From an uncultured Gammaproteobacteria bacterium (GTDB taxonomy: Bacteria > Patescibacteriota > Microgenomatia > UBA10105 > UBA927), in contig CAYNJY010000004.1 in assembly GCA_964397755.1 (NCBI GenBank), positions 1,117 to 65,116 of the forward strand: DNA of 64,000 nt, given 5' to 3'. Both the position numbers and the translations under genes were made by a program. The notes below the pieces were generated by a model. That model saw only the letters and a list, made by a program, of their open reading frames with translations, did no database searches and had not been told where the DNA came from. Shown here one piece after another: positions 1 through 9,445 of this stretch (position 1 is the first letter of the stretch; each line of letters begins with the position of its first letter).

Positions 1-265
1 GTTGGCTGGGCCAAGGGAAAGCTGGTGATGAGTTCTTGGCACGAGACCTCCCGTTGGACCAAGACTGTTCGGACAATTTCCAATCTGGTTTTATTTCCTA
101 AAGCTTGAAAAATGTCTTCAAGGTTCTTCGCTATATTCATTGATTTATTGAAATATCTCGATAAATATAATGTATAGCCAGACCTCTGTCAAGAGGCGCA
201 GGAAAAAACGGGCAGAAAAAAATTCAAAAAAGAAGTGGCTCATCCGTTGCCGTAGAGGGTGACAG

Positions 266-1366
266 TTATTCCAGGTAATCCTTGAGCCTTTTGCTTCGGC
301 TGGGGTGACGTAATTTTCTCAAGGCTTTCGCTTCAATTTGGCGTATCCGCTCGCGGGTAACGCCAAACTGCACCCCAACTTCTTCGAGCGTCCTCGGCCG
401 ACCATCCTCAAGACCAAAGCGTAGGATGAGGACTCTCTTTTCGCGGTCAGAGAGGGTCGCAAGGACCTCCTCCATGTGCTCTTTGAGAAGCTGCCGAGAG
501 GTCTGGTCATACGGCGTCGGTCCGGGGTCTGAGATGAAATCTCCAAGGTGACTGTCTTCCTCGTCGCCGACTGGCGTCTCTAGGCTCGTGGGCTCCTGCG
601 ATACCTTCATGATTTCGCGAACCTTCGCAACGTCAATCTCCATCGCTTTTGCGATTTCCTCAGGAAGCGGCTCGCGGCCGAGTTCCTGCATGAGACGGCG
701 CGAAATTCGCGCGAAGCGGTTAATCGTCTCGACCATATGGACCGGAATTCTGATTGTGCGGGCCTGGTCGGCAATGGCGCGGGTGATGGCTTGCCTGATC
801 CACCAGGTGGCGTAGGTAGAAAACTTGTAGCCTTTTCGCCAGTCGTATTTCTCAACAGCTCGGATGAGCCCCTGGTTCCCCTCCTGAATAAGGTCGAGGA
901 GGCTCATGCCTCGACCGATATACTTTTTTGCAATCGAGACAACCAGTCGGAGGTTGCTTTCGGTAAGCTTCTTTTTCGCCTTCTTGTCTCCTTTTTCGTA
1001 GCGTTTCGCAAGGTAAATCTCGTCAGCGAAGATGAGAAGTGGAATCCGACCGATTTCCTTAAGATACATCCGGACAGGATCAGAGACGTTTTCTGCGCTA
1101 GCTCTGGCGAGTGCCTCTATCTCTTTTTCAAGATCAGCAATGCTTTTACTCGCTTCTTTTTCTATGTCCTGCGAGGTGGTCTCAAAGACGTCAATGCCCG
1201 CGCGGATGAGCTTGTCATAGAGCTCGTCAAGCTCGACGATGTGTTCCTCGGGCTTCGGGTAGATGGTGAGGATATCGTCTTGGGTGACGAAACCGTTTTC
1301 TTTTCCTTCTGTGAGAAGATCAGGGACCGTGGTAATGTGGCGGGTTTTCATATGCTTCACCGACAA
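266..1366 (-). CDS. rpoD: RNA polymerase primary sigma factor (sigma-70)
   Basis: 366 aa ORF. It carries the conserved sigma-70 region 2 ([24 protein letters not shown]) and region 4 ([25 protein letters not shown]). It lies directly downstream of dnaG, the classic arrangement. Confidence 0.9.
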   Translation of the reverse strand: MSVKHMKTRHITTVPDLLTEGKENGFVTQDDILTIYPKPEEHIVELDELYDKLIRAGIDVFETTSQDIEKEASKSIADLEKEIEALARASAENVSDPVRMYLKEIGRIPLLIFADEIYLAKRYEKGDKKAKKKLTESNLRLVVSIAKKYIGRGMSLLDLIQEGNQGLIRAVEKYDWRKGYKFSTYATWWIRQAITRAIADQARTIRIPVHMVETINRFARISRRLMQELGREPLPEEIAKAMEIDVAKVREIMKVSQEPTSLETPVGDEEDSHLGDFISDPGPTPYDQTSRQLLKEHMEEVLATLSDREKRVLILRFGLEDGRPRTLEEVGVQFGVTRERIRQIEAKALRKLRHPSRSKRLKDYLE

Positions 1367-1413
1367 CCTCTGAAGTATCCAGATGGTTTCGCTTGAAAAG
1401 CAGGCCCATTGTA

Positions 1414-3234
1414 TCAGAGGGAGGCGGTTTTTTCTAGCTTCGCAAGTTTCTCCGTCAGAACCCGAATCGTCTGTTGCAACACCTCCGAAGCGTTCTCGTC
1501 ATCCGCTGTTTGGAGCTTACTCGTCTCCTGTCGTATCTTCGACTTTATTGCAACGCGCTGAAACTCAACAAGCGCGGTGTTCCATTGCCGGACCATGAGC
1601 TCCTCAGCCGAGAGAAACTCGGCAATGTCCCAGAGGAACGCTTCGTCGATCGTCGGGAGAAGCTCTTTGGGTACGGTCCCGGTGAAATCTTTTATGAAAA
1701 ATGTGCTGTTCGTCAAAAGAAACGGTTGGAGCTCCTCAAGGGTTCGACGAACTGCTGGTTGGGATATGAGATCCGCACCTCCCTCCTCTAAAAACTCATC
1801 AAAAAACTCCCGCGTTTTCCCTTGCAAGATAAACGCGAGGAGGTATACTTCGAGCTTTTCCTGGCGGCTGCCGGCAGGCATCTGAAAGGAGACCTCGGCC
1901 GGTTTCACCCCGGGCGCGACCTTTACCCGCGCCACGCCGTCGCTCACAGTATCCTCCGAAACAGCGAGGCTTGTTGCGAGCTTCCGAATGTAGTGGCCCT
2001 GGACGACCGGATTTTCGATTTTAGAAAGGATCGGGAAGAGCTCTTCGCTCACCTTCTTCTTGCCAAAAGCAGTGGTTGCATCAAAACGCTTGGTTGCTGA
2101 CGTTATGAAGTAATCGTAGATAGGCACAGCCGTTTCAATTGCCTTTTTCAGAAGCCCGGGGCCCTCTCGCGCCGCTTCGTCCGGGTCTTTCCCCGCGGAA
2201 AGCTGTACCACTCGCATGTCAAAACCCGCTGCCTCGGCAATCTCGATGCCGCGCCGTGCTGCCGCATCGCCTGCCGGATCAACATCCAAGGCAAACGTCA
2301 GCCGTTCGGCAAAGCGCCGAAGGAGTCGCGCGTGACCTTCGGTGAGCGCCGACCCTTTTATGGCAACCGTGTTGCCGATGCCAGCTTGGAAGGAGGAAAT
2401 CACATCCATCTCGCCTTCCATAACCACCGCCTCACCGCTTTTTTGGATCGCGTCTTTGGTCACATCCAGACCGTAGAGGACGTTGCCTTTCACATAGACC
2501 GGCGTTTCAGAGGTGTTAATATATTTTGCTTCCTGTCGGACTTGTCCTAAGGAGCGAAGCGACGAAGGATCGAGAACTCTTCCGGCAAATCCGACGACGT
2601 TGCCACGGTGATCTTTCAGGGTAAACATGACTCTGCCGCGAAAACGGTCATAAAAAAGGTTCTTCGCTCTTGGTGCTCGGTTCATGGTTCTCATGACTAA
2701 GCCTGCTGTCTCCAAGAGTTCCTCATCATAACCCTTCTTCTTTAAAAATTTTAAGAGTCCGTCCCAGTCCTTTGGACTGTACCCTAGGGTGAATGTTTTT
2801 ATCGATGTATCAGAAATACCCCTACCCTTGAGATACAAACGTGCTTTCTCGCCGACGGCGTGCGTGGTGAGGAGGTAGTGGTAGTATTCGCTGGCCAAGT
2901 GGTTCACCTCGTAGAGCTCTTGTTTGAGCTTTGCCTGCGGGCTGTCTGCTGGCCTTCGTTCGAGCTTGACGCCCGCGCGGGCAGCAAGTGTTTCGAGGGC
3001 CTCCGGAAAATCCACATGCTCAAAGAGCATGACAAAGTCAAAGATCGACCCGCCGCGGCCGCAGCCAAAACAATGGAACGTCTGGCGATCCGGAGACACG
3101 ATAAAAGAAGGGGTTTTCTCCGCGTGGAACGGACACAACGCCTTAAAGTTGTGGCCGGCTTTTTTGAGCGCCACGCGCTCGCTGACAATCTCAACGATGT
3201 TGAGCCTCGCCTTGACGTCGTCAATGTCGCTCAT
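1414..3234 (-). CDS. dnaG: DNA primase
   Basis: 606 aa. N-terminal CHC2 zinc finger ([20 protein letters not shown]) followed by a TOPRIM region. Located upstream of rpoD. Confidence 0.9.
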   Translation of the reverse strand: MSDIDDVKARLNIVEIVSERVALKKAGHNFKALCPFHAEKTPSFIVSPDRQTFHCFGCGRGGSIFDFVMLFEHVDFPEALETLAARAGVKLERRPADSPQAKLKQELYEVNHLASEYYHYLLTTHAVGEKARLYLKGRGISDTSIKTFTLGYSPKDWDGLLKFLKKKGYDEELLETAGLVMRTMNRAPRAKNLFYDRFRGRVMFTLKDHRGNVVGFAGRVLDPSSLRSLGQVRQEAKYINTSETPVYVKGNVLYGLDVTKDAIQKSGEAVVMEGEMDVISSFQAGIGNTVAIKGSALTEGHARLLRRFAERLTFALDVDPAGDAAARRGIEIAEAAGFDMRVVQLSAGKDPDEAAREGPGLLKKAIETAVPIYDYFITSATKRFDATTAFGKKKVSEELFPILSKIENPVVQGHYIRKLATSLAVSEDTVSDGVARVKVAPGVKPAEVSFQMPAGSRQEKLEVYLLAFILQGKTREFFDEFLEEGGADLISQPAVRRTLEELQPFLLTNSTFFIKDFTGTVPKELLPTIDEAFLWDIAEFLSAEELMVRQWNTALVEFQRVAIKSKIRQETSKLQTADDENASEVLQQTIRVLTEKLAKLEKTASL

Positions 3235-3305
3235 CGTGAGGGGAGAATAGCACGAAAGAGAAAAAACGTCTAATGGACGCGACTCGTTGTCTCAGTGACC
3301 ATACT

Positions 3306-3536
3306 CTATCGCCATGTAGTGTTATACTTTCGGTGTTTCGACAATGGGGAGAGGGAAAGGGGCGCTGCTGTTCCATCACGATCAAGGAACCCGCCGGGGA
3401 GTGCCCACTTACCGGATTCGAGCAGATCGCCGACGCGCTTAATCAAGAGAAGCTTCCCGTGCTTTTCGACGATCGCGTGAGTAACGATATGCCGAAGCGA
3501 CGCTCTGTAGCCCTTTTCAAACGTACAAGTGATCAT
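3306..3536 (-). pseudogene. NUDIX hydrolase N-terminal fragment (probable remnant)
   Basis: 76 aa ORF with LLIKRVGDLLESGKWALPGGFLDRDG. This resembles the start of a NUDIX fold, but the Nudix box (REx2EE) is not completed before the stop. Confidence 0.25.
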
Positions 3537-3658
3537 ACATTTATGATACGCCTTTGTGGCTCCGAACGAGTACGACGGATAATGGTAACACGGTGACGAG
3601 TTTTGTATATTATACGAAAACGTGCTAATTTTTGTTTATTTTGGATCAGTCTTGTATC

Positions 3659-3747
3659 TGGCGGAGGATGTGGGACTCGAACCCACGATACCCTTGCGGG
3701 TAAACGCGCTCTCCAAGCGCGCGCCATAGCCACTAGGCGAATCCTCC
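3659..3747 (-). tRNA. tRNA-Ser (anticodon GGA)
   Basis: Cloverleaf read from the sequence. Acceptor stem GGAGGAT/ATCCTCC, anticodon loop TTGGAGA, long variable arm, T-arm GGGTTCGAGTCCC, encoded CCA. Confidence 0.8.
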
Positions 3748-3897
3748 ATTATCACGAGGCACATTCAGCTTCTCAAAGGCAACCGATAGTTGCCTTTTAA
3801 TATCTCTTTTCCCATCACTCGACTTTAAGTACTTCTCTCTTCGTAGAGCATCGTCCTTATATAAATATCCCTCATAGTGAATCAGTTGCGCTGGAAG

Positions 3898-4017
3898 CTA
3901 ACGTTTGGTTGATTCAACAATTCCTTTATTGTGTTCACCTACCCTTCGTTTCAAATCGTCAGAGTGTCCAATATAGAGATTACGATTTTTCAACAACAAA
4001 ATATACACGTAATGCAT
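3898..4017 (-). CDS. GIY-YIG nuclease family protein, truncated or frameshifted
   Basis: Internal Met begins MHYVYILLLKNRNLYIGHSDDLKRRVGEHNKG, a GIY-YIG motif as in the YhbQ/UPF0213 family. The frame stops after about 39 aa. The next frame continues in GIY-YIG-like sequence (QLIHYEGYLYKDDALRREKYLK...) down to the tRNA-Ser. Confidence 0.4.
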   Translation of the reverse strand: MHYVYILLLKNRNLYIGHSDDLKRRVGEHNKGIVESTKR

Positions 4018-4188
4018 AGAATTCAGTACGGGACGAACCCGTGCCGCCCCGAGTTCATCTCGGGGCGAACTCGCGCGTGCCTTGCGGCACATCTCTTCTC
4101 CAAAGAGACGCAATGGGCCAACTATGCGATCCCACCACTCGTTTGGATTATACCATTCTCGCTCGTCTTTCCGTGCTATACTGTGCTC

Positions 4189-5097
4189 ATGTCTTCCCGT
4201 ACGAAGGCCCTGCTTGCGATGACCCTCGCCACCCTCCTCTGGTCAACTGCAGGGCTTTCCAAAATCCTCGTCCTGGCGCTCGACCCTTTTACTGCCGGCT
4301 TTCTCCGGTTCTTTGTCGCATCGCTCGTTGTTCTTCCGTTTTTCTTACGAGAAAAACGGAAGCGGGGGACATTCGCCGACCTCATCCCGGTCGGGATTTT
4401 TTCTACGGTAAACGTCGCCTTGTACTTTTGGGGACTCTCCCTCTCAACAGCCAACGCCGCAGCGATCATCTACAGTGCCATGCCGCTCGTCGTTGCCATC
4501 CTTGCCAAACGAATAATTAAAGAAAATGTGACGCCCAAAAAACTCCTGGGCATACTCATCGGGTTTACCGGTGCGCTCTTTGTCGTCGTCCTTCCGCTCC
4601 TTGAAAAAGGTGCCGTGGTGTCCGGAAACCCTTTCGGGAATGTGCTTTTTGCCGTCGCGGTGTTGGCGTGGTCTTCGTATACGATCACATCCAGACAAGC
4701 GCTGAACCGGGGGTACTCGCCGCTCTCCGTGAGCGCAGTCTCCATACTCACCTCGTGTGCGGTCTTTTTCTTTCTTGCTCTCCCGCACTATAGCCCTCTC
4801 TATGTTTCAGTAATCCTTCAGCCCGCGATGTTCCTTCTCCTGCTCCACATCTCGATACTCGTTACCGTTGGGACATTCTTCCTCTACCAGTGGGCGCTAC
4901 AACACTCATCGGCCACAACCGTGTCGCTCTATATTTACTTTCTTCCGCCGATCTCGGTCGTCATCAACGTCATCTTTTTAGGGGAAAAAATTACGACGGG
5001 GTTCGTCATCGGTAGTGCCCTCGTTCTCCTTGGTGTGTTTCTGGCAACAGGAAGCAATCTTACCTCCGAAGTAAGGTCGTGGTTTCGGAGACGCTAG
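4189..5097 (+). CDS. DMT/EamA family transporter
   Basis: About 300 aa polytopic membrane protein with two EamA-like halves. Start moved to ATG 4189 (MSSRTKALLAMTLATLLWSTAG); the upstream extension in the ORF track is not membrane-like. Confidence 0.7.
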   Translation: MSSRTKALLAMTLATLLWSTAGLSKILVLALDPFTAGFLRFFVASLVVLPFFLREKRKRGTFADLIPVGIFSTVNVALYFWGLSLSTANAAAIIYSAMPLVVAILAKRIIKENVTPKKLLGILIGFTGALFVVVLPLLEKGAVVSGNPFGNVLFAVAVLAWSSYTITSRQALNRGYSPLSVSAVSILTSCAVFFFLALPHYSPLYVSVILQPAMFLLLLHISILVTVGTFFLYQWALQHSSATTVSLYIYFLPPISVVINVIFLGEKITTGFVIGSALVLLGVFLATGSNLTSEVRSWFRRR

Positions 5098-5102
5098 AGG
5101 CT

Positions 5103-5675
5103 TCACTTTGCAAACTCTTCGTGGAGCGTGTCGCGGATATTCTTCCACCAGTCTTGGGAGTTTGTTTTTACGAGATCTTGCGCAAGCGCAACCGCCTCGG
5201 GAATTCGGAGGCGCTTGATGTTCGCCTCAAGCCACTCGCCGGCATGGGTGTTGCCTTTTTCAATAAGGAGTTTGAGCTCAACGAGAAACGCGATCACGTT
5301 TGCTTCATAGACGATTTTCGCCTCGAGTGTTTCCCTCTTTTCGTAGGTATCAAGTGATGCAAGGAGTGTATCGTCAACGCCCCCAAAAATATCCCGGTTG
5401 GCTTTGCCCTGATCACGCGTCATATAGAACTTTGCGATTTTGTCAAGGTCCCCGGTCCGCGCCTCGTGGAAATCATGAAAGACCGCCATGGTAAGCACCG
5501 TCTCAAGATTAGCGTGAAGCTCGCGGCCCAAGAAGTACGCGATAACCGAGGTCATAAACGTGTGCTCGCCCACGCCTTCCTGGTTGTCCCCCAAAATCTG
5601 CCAGCCGGTCCGCAACATCCGCTTGACGACCGCCGCTTCATAAATGAGGTTGGTTGTGTTTTTTGTATTTTTCAT
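5103..5675 (-). CDS. HD-domain phosphohydrolase (YfbR-like 5'-deoxynucleotidase family)
   Basis: 190 aa with HD motif region (AVFHDFHEARTGDL) and upstream His (GEHTFMTSVIAYFLG). Confidence 0.7.
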   Translation of the reverse strand: MKNTKNTTNLIYEAAVVKRMLRTGWQILGDNQEGVGEHTFMTSVIAYFLGRELHANLETVLTMAVFHDFHEARTGDLDKIAKFYMTRDQGKANRDIFGGVDDTLLASLDTYEKRETLEAKIVYEANVIAFLVELKLLIEKGNTHAGEWLEANIKRLRIPEAVALAQDLVKTNSQDWWKNIRDTLHEEFAK

Positions 5676-5718
5676 ACTAAGGCGTTTACGCAGAAAGTTT
5701 TCGCAGAAAATTATTCTG

Positions 5719-5790
5719 CGCCTCTGACCAGAATCGAACTGGTATCACCGGCTTCGGAGGCCAGTACTCTATCCGTTAAGCTACAGAGGC
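5719..5790 (-). tRNA. tRNA-Arg (anticodon CCG)
   Basis: 72-nt cloverleaf. Acceptor GCCTCTG/CAGAGGC, anticodon loop CTCCGAA, T-arm CCAGTTCGATTCTGG. CCA is not encoded. Confidence 0.75.
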
Positions 5791-5930
5791 CTGATTCGGG
5801 CGAGAGGGCCGCGTTCTATCCATTGTCAGCCAGAGGCTGATCCGCCTTCGGCGGAAACTGCAGGAGCTGGGTAACGTTGTCTTGTATTATAGCTCCTACC
5901 TCCTACTCTCTGCTACACGTTGCCTTATCA

Positions 5931-6347
5931 TTATTGAATCTTCACTAGATCTCCGTCTAAAACAACAGGCTGCATGGCGTGCATTTCCGTCTTGTAGTCC
6001 GTGTCCGGCACCGGGTGGATGAGGAAAATCTTTTTCCCTAGCCAGAACGCGAGCCCCATCTCAAGGAACGTATTGCCGCCGATATAGCCTTCGGTGCCCT
6101 TTTTGTCGTAGTTAAGGACCAGAATTGCGTCTGATTTTTCAATTTTCCGAAAGTGCTCCCGGATGAAGTCGTACTCAATTTTGGCGGTGATGCGCTCTTC
6201 ATCGGTAGTGGGGTGGACGAAGCCTTGTGTGTCTATGAGCTCTAAGCTCTTTGGCACAAGGACTGTGAATCCTCTTGCTTCAAGCACTTTTTGCGCCTCT
6301 CGCATTTTTTCCTGAAACTGCATACTGCCGCAGATGGTGATAGTCAT
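5931..6347 (-). CDS. nucleoside 2-deoxyribosyltransferase-like protein (Rcl/DNPH1-like fold)
   Basis: 138 aa. The pattern ICGSMQF...AILVLNYDKKGTEGYIGGNTFLEMGLAFWLGKKIFLI fits the deoxyribosyltransferase-like Rossmann family. It sits next to an HD nucleotidase, consistent with nucleotide salvage. Confidence 0.5.
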   Translation of the reverse strand: MTITICGSMQFQEKMREAQKVLEARGFTVLVPKSLELIDTQGFVHPTTDEERITAKIEYDFIREHFRKIEKSDAILVLNYDKKGTEGYIGGNTFLEMGLAFWLGKKIFLIHPVPDTDYKTEMHAMQPVVLDGDLVKIQ

Positions 6348-6413
6348 AGGTTAAAAATACAGGTTTCAACCGACTATTTTGTGCTTCTTCAAAAAAGCCT
6401 GCCCTGCACTAGG

Positions 6414-6500
6414 CGGAAGGAGCGAGATTTGAACTCGCGTGGGCCTTGCGACCCCCAAGGTTTTCGAGACCTGGCCGTTTAACCACTCCGGCATCCTTCC
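6414..6500 (-). tRNA. tRNA-Ser (anticodon CGA)
   Basis: 87-nt tRNA with long variable arm. The anticodon loop CTCGAAA is identical to E. coli serU. T-arm GCGAGTTCAAATCTCGC. Confidence 0.75.
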
Positions 6501-6541
6501 TACATCAATCGCCCAAAACGGTGGGTTCTAGCCGGTTTATG

Positions 6542-6614
6542 CGCGCCCGAAAGGAGTCGAACCTTCAATCGCCAGGTCCGCAACCTGGTGCTCTATCCAT
6601 TAAGCTACGGGCGC
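6542..6614 (-). tRNA. tRNA-Arg (anticodon GCG as read)
   Basis: 73-nt cloverleaf. Acceptor GCGCCCG/CGGGCGC, anticodon stem CCAGG/CCTGG with loop TTGCGGA, T-arm GAAGGTTCGACTCCTTT. Confidence 0.75.
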
Positions 6615-7091
6615 ATGTAAATTGTTATCTCTAAAGATATCTGCGCAGGCGTATGCATACTGCATAATCTGCTCTTTGAGATATACGCTATTATACCGCA
6701 CAAAACATATTCCCCCAACATTCTTGCGAGATCTCTTCTCTTTGCTTCTTTTCTTCCTATAAGATTTATTAAACTGATTTTCTGGTATTTTCAGTAATTT
6801 AGACCAGTAACGTTTTGCATCTCTCTCCTTATGATACCAATGCAGATGAAGTGCTATCCTAAATTTTTTCTCATCAAGGTCGAAACTTCTTCTCAAAAGA
6901 GTAACAAATAATAAAGCCAGTTCCGGGTCTGTGTTCGCGAATCTCACCACGCCCCGGGTTTTGGTACCCTCTGCCCAATAGAGCAGAGAGAGTAAAATTC
7001 TCGAAATAGTTCGATTCTTACTGAGATTCAAGAAGCAAAACTTAAGAAGGCTTTTCGAGAGGGATTTTTTGGGTGAGCCAGTGGGCGGCAT
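6600..7091 (-). CDS. hypothetical protein, possibly a degenerate LAGLIDADG-type homing-endonuclease-like protein
   Basis: 163 aa, the same size as single-motif LAGLIDADG enzymes. ILLSLLYWAEGTKTRGVVRF resembles the LLYLAGFVDGDGSI helix-turn-strand with the acidic residue kept. The body is AT-rich (about 38 percent GC). Its last five codons and stop lie inside the 5' part of tRNA-Arg. Confidence 0.3.
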   Translation of the reverse strand: MPPTGSPKKSLSKSLLKFCFLNLSKNRTISRILLSLLYWAEGTKTRGVVRFANTDPELALLFVTLLRRSFDLDEKKFRIALHLHWYHKERDAKRYWSKLLKIPENQFNKSYRKKRSKEKRSRKNVGGICFVRYNSVYLKEQIMQYAYACADIFRDNNLHAPVA

Positions 7092-7560
7092 TGTCTACCC
7101 AATTTTTATCCGGCTCCTCACGGAACGGAACGTGGCGCTCAACAAATTCTCGTACATCATCTTTCTTTAGACTTCCCAGTAAAACAACGACTCGGGAAGA
7201 AAGAAGTGGCCGCAAAATGAGAAGCGACTGACTCCATTGTTCTTCAAACCAAAAATCAGCTATCTCCTCCCAACGATAAAAGTGCCCTGCACTTTCTATA
7301 CCGAGACTCGTAATCCTGTGCTTCACTTCTTCCGGGGGGACGGTTGATAACACGTAGACAAAAAAAACAAGAGATAGCATCGCAATAATGAGAGCGTATT
7401 CCCGGGCAAATACAAAGATCACAGAAAGGAAAAAAACTATAGCGGCGATGTTGGTGAAGTACTCGCGATTCCGTTTTTTAAAAAGGCGGGACGGAGAGAC
7501 CCACGAAAGGTATTCTTCCTCTCGCCTTTCCTCAATCTTTGGTGCAGCCGAAGTTTCCAT
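7042..7560 (-). CDS. hypothetical membrane protein
   Basis: About 172 aa from internal Met (METSAAPKIE...). It has two predicted TM helices then a soluble domain, with no recognisable motif. Confidence 0.4.
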   Translation of the reverse strand: METSAAPKIEERREEEYLSWVSPSRLFKKRNREYFTNIAAIVFFLSVIFVFAREYALIIAMLSLVFFVYVLSTVPPEEVKHRITSLGIESAGHFYRWEEIADFWFEEQWSQSLLILRPLLSSRVVVLLGSLKKDDVREFVERHVPFREEPDKNWVDNAAHWLTQKIPLEKPS

Positions 7561-7895
7561 ATTGAAGTCAGTATACACTAGGTCATTGCAGACGAAAAGA
7601 GGTCGCAGTGTCATGAGTCACGCGCCCGAAGCCGAATCTTTCTTCGTCCCGGCTTAGCCGGGACATTCTGGCGAAGGAGAGGAAATGGGAAATTATACTC
7701 GTACACTAAATTGTGCTTTCCAACCGATCTCTTCCTCTTATCAATTTTGTTTATGATACGCTTACTATGATAAAATTGCAGCCAAGACTTCATATGAGGT
7801 CTCAAACAAAACGGGTGTGGTTATACGATCAAAAGAAAATGAACGAGTATTTGCAGATAGTTACTACATATAACCCACGCTTGTTGAAAAATTTT

Positions 7896-7985
7896 GGAGG
7901 AGTCCGATAGTTGGTCAATTCGGGAGGTTTGCTAAACCTCTGAGCCGTAAGGCTCACGTGGGTTCGAATCCCACCTCCTCCGCCC
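7896..7985 (+). tRNA. tRNA-Ser (anticodon GCU)
   Basis: Acceptor GGAGGAG/CTCCTCC, anticodon loop TTGCTAA, long variable arm, T-arm GTGGGTTCGAATCCCAC, and a 3' CCA. Confidence 0.8.
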
Positions 7986-7986
7986 A

Positions 7987-8073
7987 GGAGGGTTGGCCGA
8001 GCGGTTCAAGGCGCTAGTCTTGAAAACTAGTGGGAGCAATCCCTCACAGGTTCGAATCCTGTACCCTCCGCCA
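7987..8073 (+). tRNA. tRNA-Ser (anticodon UGA)
   Basis: It starts one nucleotide after the preceding tRNA. Anticodon stem CTAGT/ACTAG with loop CTTGAAA, long variable arm, T-arm ACAGGTTCGAATCCTGT, encoded CCA. Confidence 0.8.
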
Positions 8074-8114
8074 GTTGGGAAATGAAAGAGTTGGCTCGCC
8101 AAAATCGAGGATAA

Positions 8115-8198
8115 TGTAGTCTCGTCAAGCCAAGCGTGCAGACGGTTGCCAAGATCGCCAAAGCGTTAAAAGTTTCTATAGCGGAATTATTAAGCTAA
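8115..8198 (+). pseudogene. C-terminal remnant of an XRE-family helix-turn-helix regulator
   Basis: A 27-codon frame, CSLVKPSVQTVAKIAKALKVSIAELLS-stop, matches the recognition-helix region of HTH_XRE proteins (..PSL.TLLKIAKALGVSLDELL). A TAA stop immediately precedes it in frame, so the N-terminal part is missing. Confidence 0.4.
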
Positions 8199-8220
8199 AA
8201 GAGCGTCAAGGGGATAAATT

Positions 8221-8658
8221 ATGAAAAGATTATTTAGAAGAATAGCCCTGCACCATACAATTCCCGAGTATCTTATTTTTGATGGACTTGGTTTTGGCTG
8301 GGCAGGCTACTTTGTTTGGCAACATCAATTAATTTGGGCATTAGCTTCTGTTATAGTTCTCCCGCTTATTGGAACCTTACTTGTGTTAAAGAAAGACGAA
8401 GAGGAATACGCCGAGACTCCTCTTGGAAGATTTGCGTTAAGCCATCTTGCTCCTTGGAGCGTTGTTTTCCATATTCTTGGTTATGCTGTTCTTATTTATA
8501 GCCTTTGGATGCATTCAGGATTTTACATATTTTTAGCTATTTCATTCATTCTTTTGGGACATCTTCGGGATAAAACTACGAAAACTGACCAGTCAATATC
8601 CCCTAAGATGGATAACAAGGGAATTGATACTGTGGTCTCAAGTGAGGAAAAGAATTAA
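8221..8658 (+). CDS. hypothetical membrane protein (AT-rich gene)
   Basis: 145 aa with 4 predicted TM helices. It is clearly more AT-rich than the surrounding genes, and it sits right after the tRNA-Ser pair and the XRE remnant. Confidence 0.5.
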   Translation: MKRLFRRIALHHTIPEYLIFDGLGFGWAGYFVWQHQLIWALASVIVLPLIGTLLVLKKDEEEYAETPLGRFALSHLAPWSVVFHILGYAVLIYSLWMHSGFYIFLAISFILLGHLRDKTTKTDQSISPKMDNKGIDTVVSSEEKN

Positions 8659-8797
8659 GGCAATGGTCGAGATCTAAGATTGATGTAAAGAATTATTGAA
8701 AGAATTTGCCGCCAAAGAGTAAAATCAGTTCGCCCCAGTAGCAGTCCCGCTTGGCGGGACGCTACGGGGTAAAGATATTTTTCAAACAGACACCGCT

Positions 8798-9442
8798 CTA
8801 ATCTCTACTTTTAATGACGAGTGCAATTCCTTTGTGGACGTTAATTGTTGCGCTTTTTCTCTTCAACTCATTGCTGATGCCTCGAGATGTGCCTCGTTTC
8901 AGTTGGATGCCAACTAACGGATAGGTAAATCCAGAAAGAGACACAGTTACAGATTGTGTATGTGGTAAAAGCGAAAGGTATCGATATTGTTGTTTTTTGT
9001 TTACGCGGTACGAATCCTTTACCAGGATTATTTCATTTCTCTCATCGACAATCGCTGCTTTAATTCCTTTACTCAAAAATTTTTCAAGCATGTGTACTGC
9101 AGCGATGGTGTGATCTAGACGAGTTCCGATACCGCCAAAAATAATTACCTCTTTCGGTTTGAGACGAAAGGAATAATCGACAGCGAGTTCAAGGTCGGTA
9201 GCGTCTTTCTGCGCTGAAAACATAAGCACCTTTTTTGCTTTCTTTTTAATAAGCAGTAGTTCTCTCTTTGTCACCGAATCAAAATCTCCGAGTGCAACAT
9301 CGGGAGTAAGTTTATTTTTGATAAGCCACCGCGCGCCTCGATCAACACCGATTATTTTTTGGGCACGTCTGATTTGGCGAATCAGGCTTTTGTCCAACAC
9401 TCCTCCAGCAATTATCGCAACAGTAAGTCCATTTTTTTTCAT
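8798..9442 (-). CDS. thiamine pyrophosphokinase
   Basis: 214 aa. It has the GDFDS motif (VALGDFDSV), the GGIGTRLDH region and a C-terminal thiamin-binding-like domain. Confidence 0.7.
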   Translation of the reverse strand: MKKNGLTVAIIAGGVLDKSLIRQIRRAQKIIGVDRGARWLIKNKLTPDVALGDFDSVTKRELLLIKKKAKKVLMFSAQKDATDLELAVDYSFRLKPKEVIIFGGIGTRLDHTIAAVHMLEKFLSKGIKAAIVDERNEIILVKDSYRVNKKQQYRYLSLLPHTQSVTVSLSGFTYPLVGIQLKRGTSRGISNELKRKSATINVHKGIALVIKSRD

Positions 9443-9445
9443 ATA

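Noticed and set aside
266-1400. Small ORFs overlapping rpoD on both strands (319-546, 588-815, 607-855, 737-1396, 1032-1220)
   Set aside because: All lie within the highly conserved sigma-70 gene and have biased out-of-frame composition.
3931-4188. N-terminal 86 codons of ORF 3931-5097
   Set aside because: They overlap the GIY-YIG ORF region on the opposite strand and are not hydrophobic. The transporter core starts at ATG 4189.
7640-7665. Perfect GC-rich hairpin gtcccggcttagccgggac as a terminator
   Set aside because: It is not followed by a T-run on either strand and lies upstream, not downstream, of the adjacent minus-strand gene. It may be a regulatory or structural hairpin, but there is no support for terminator function.
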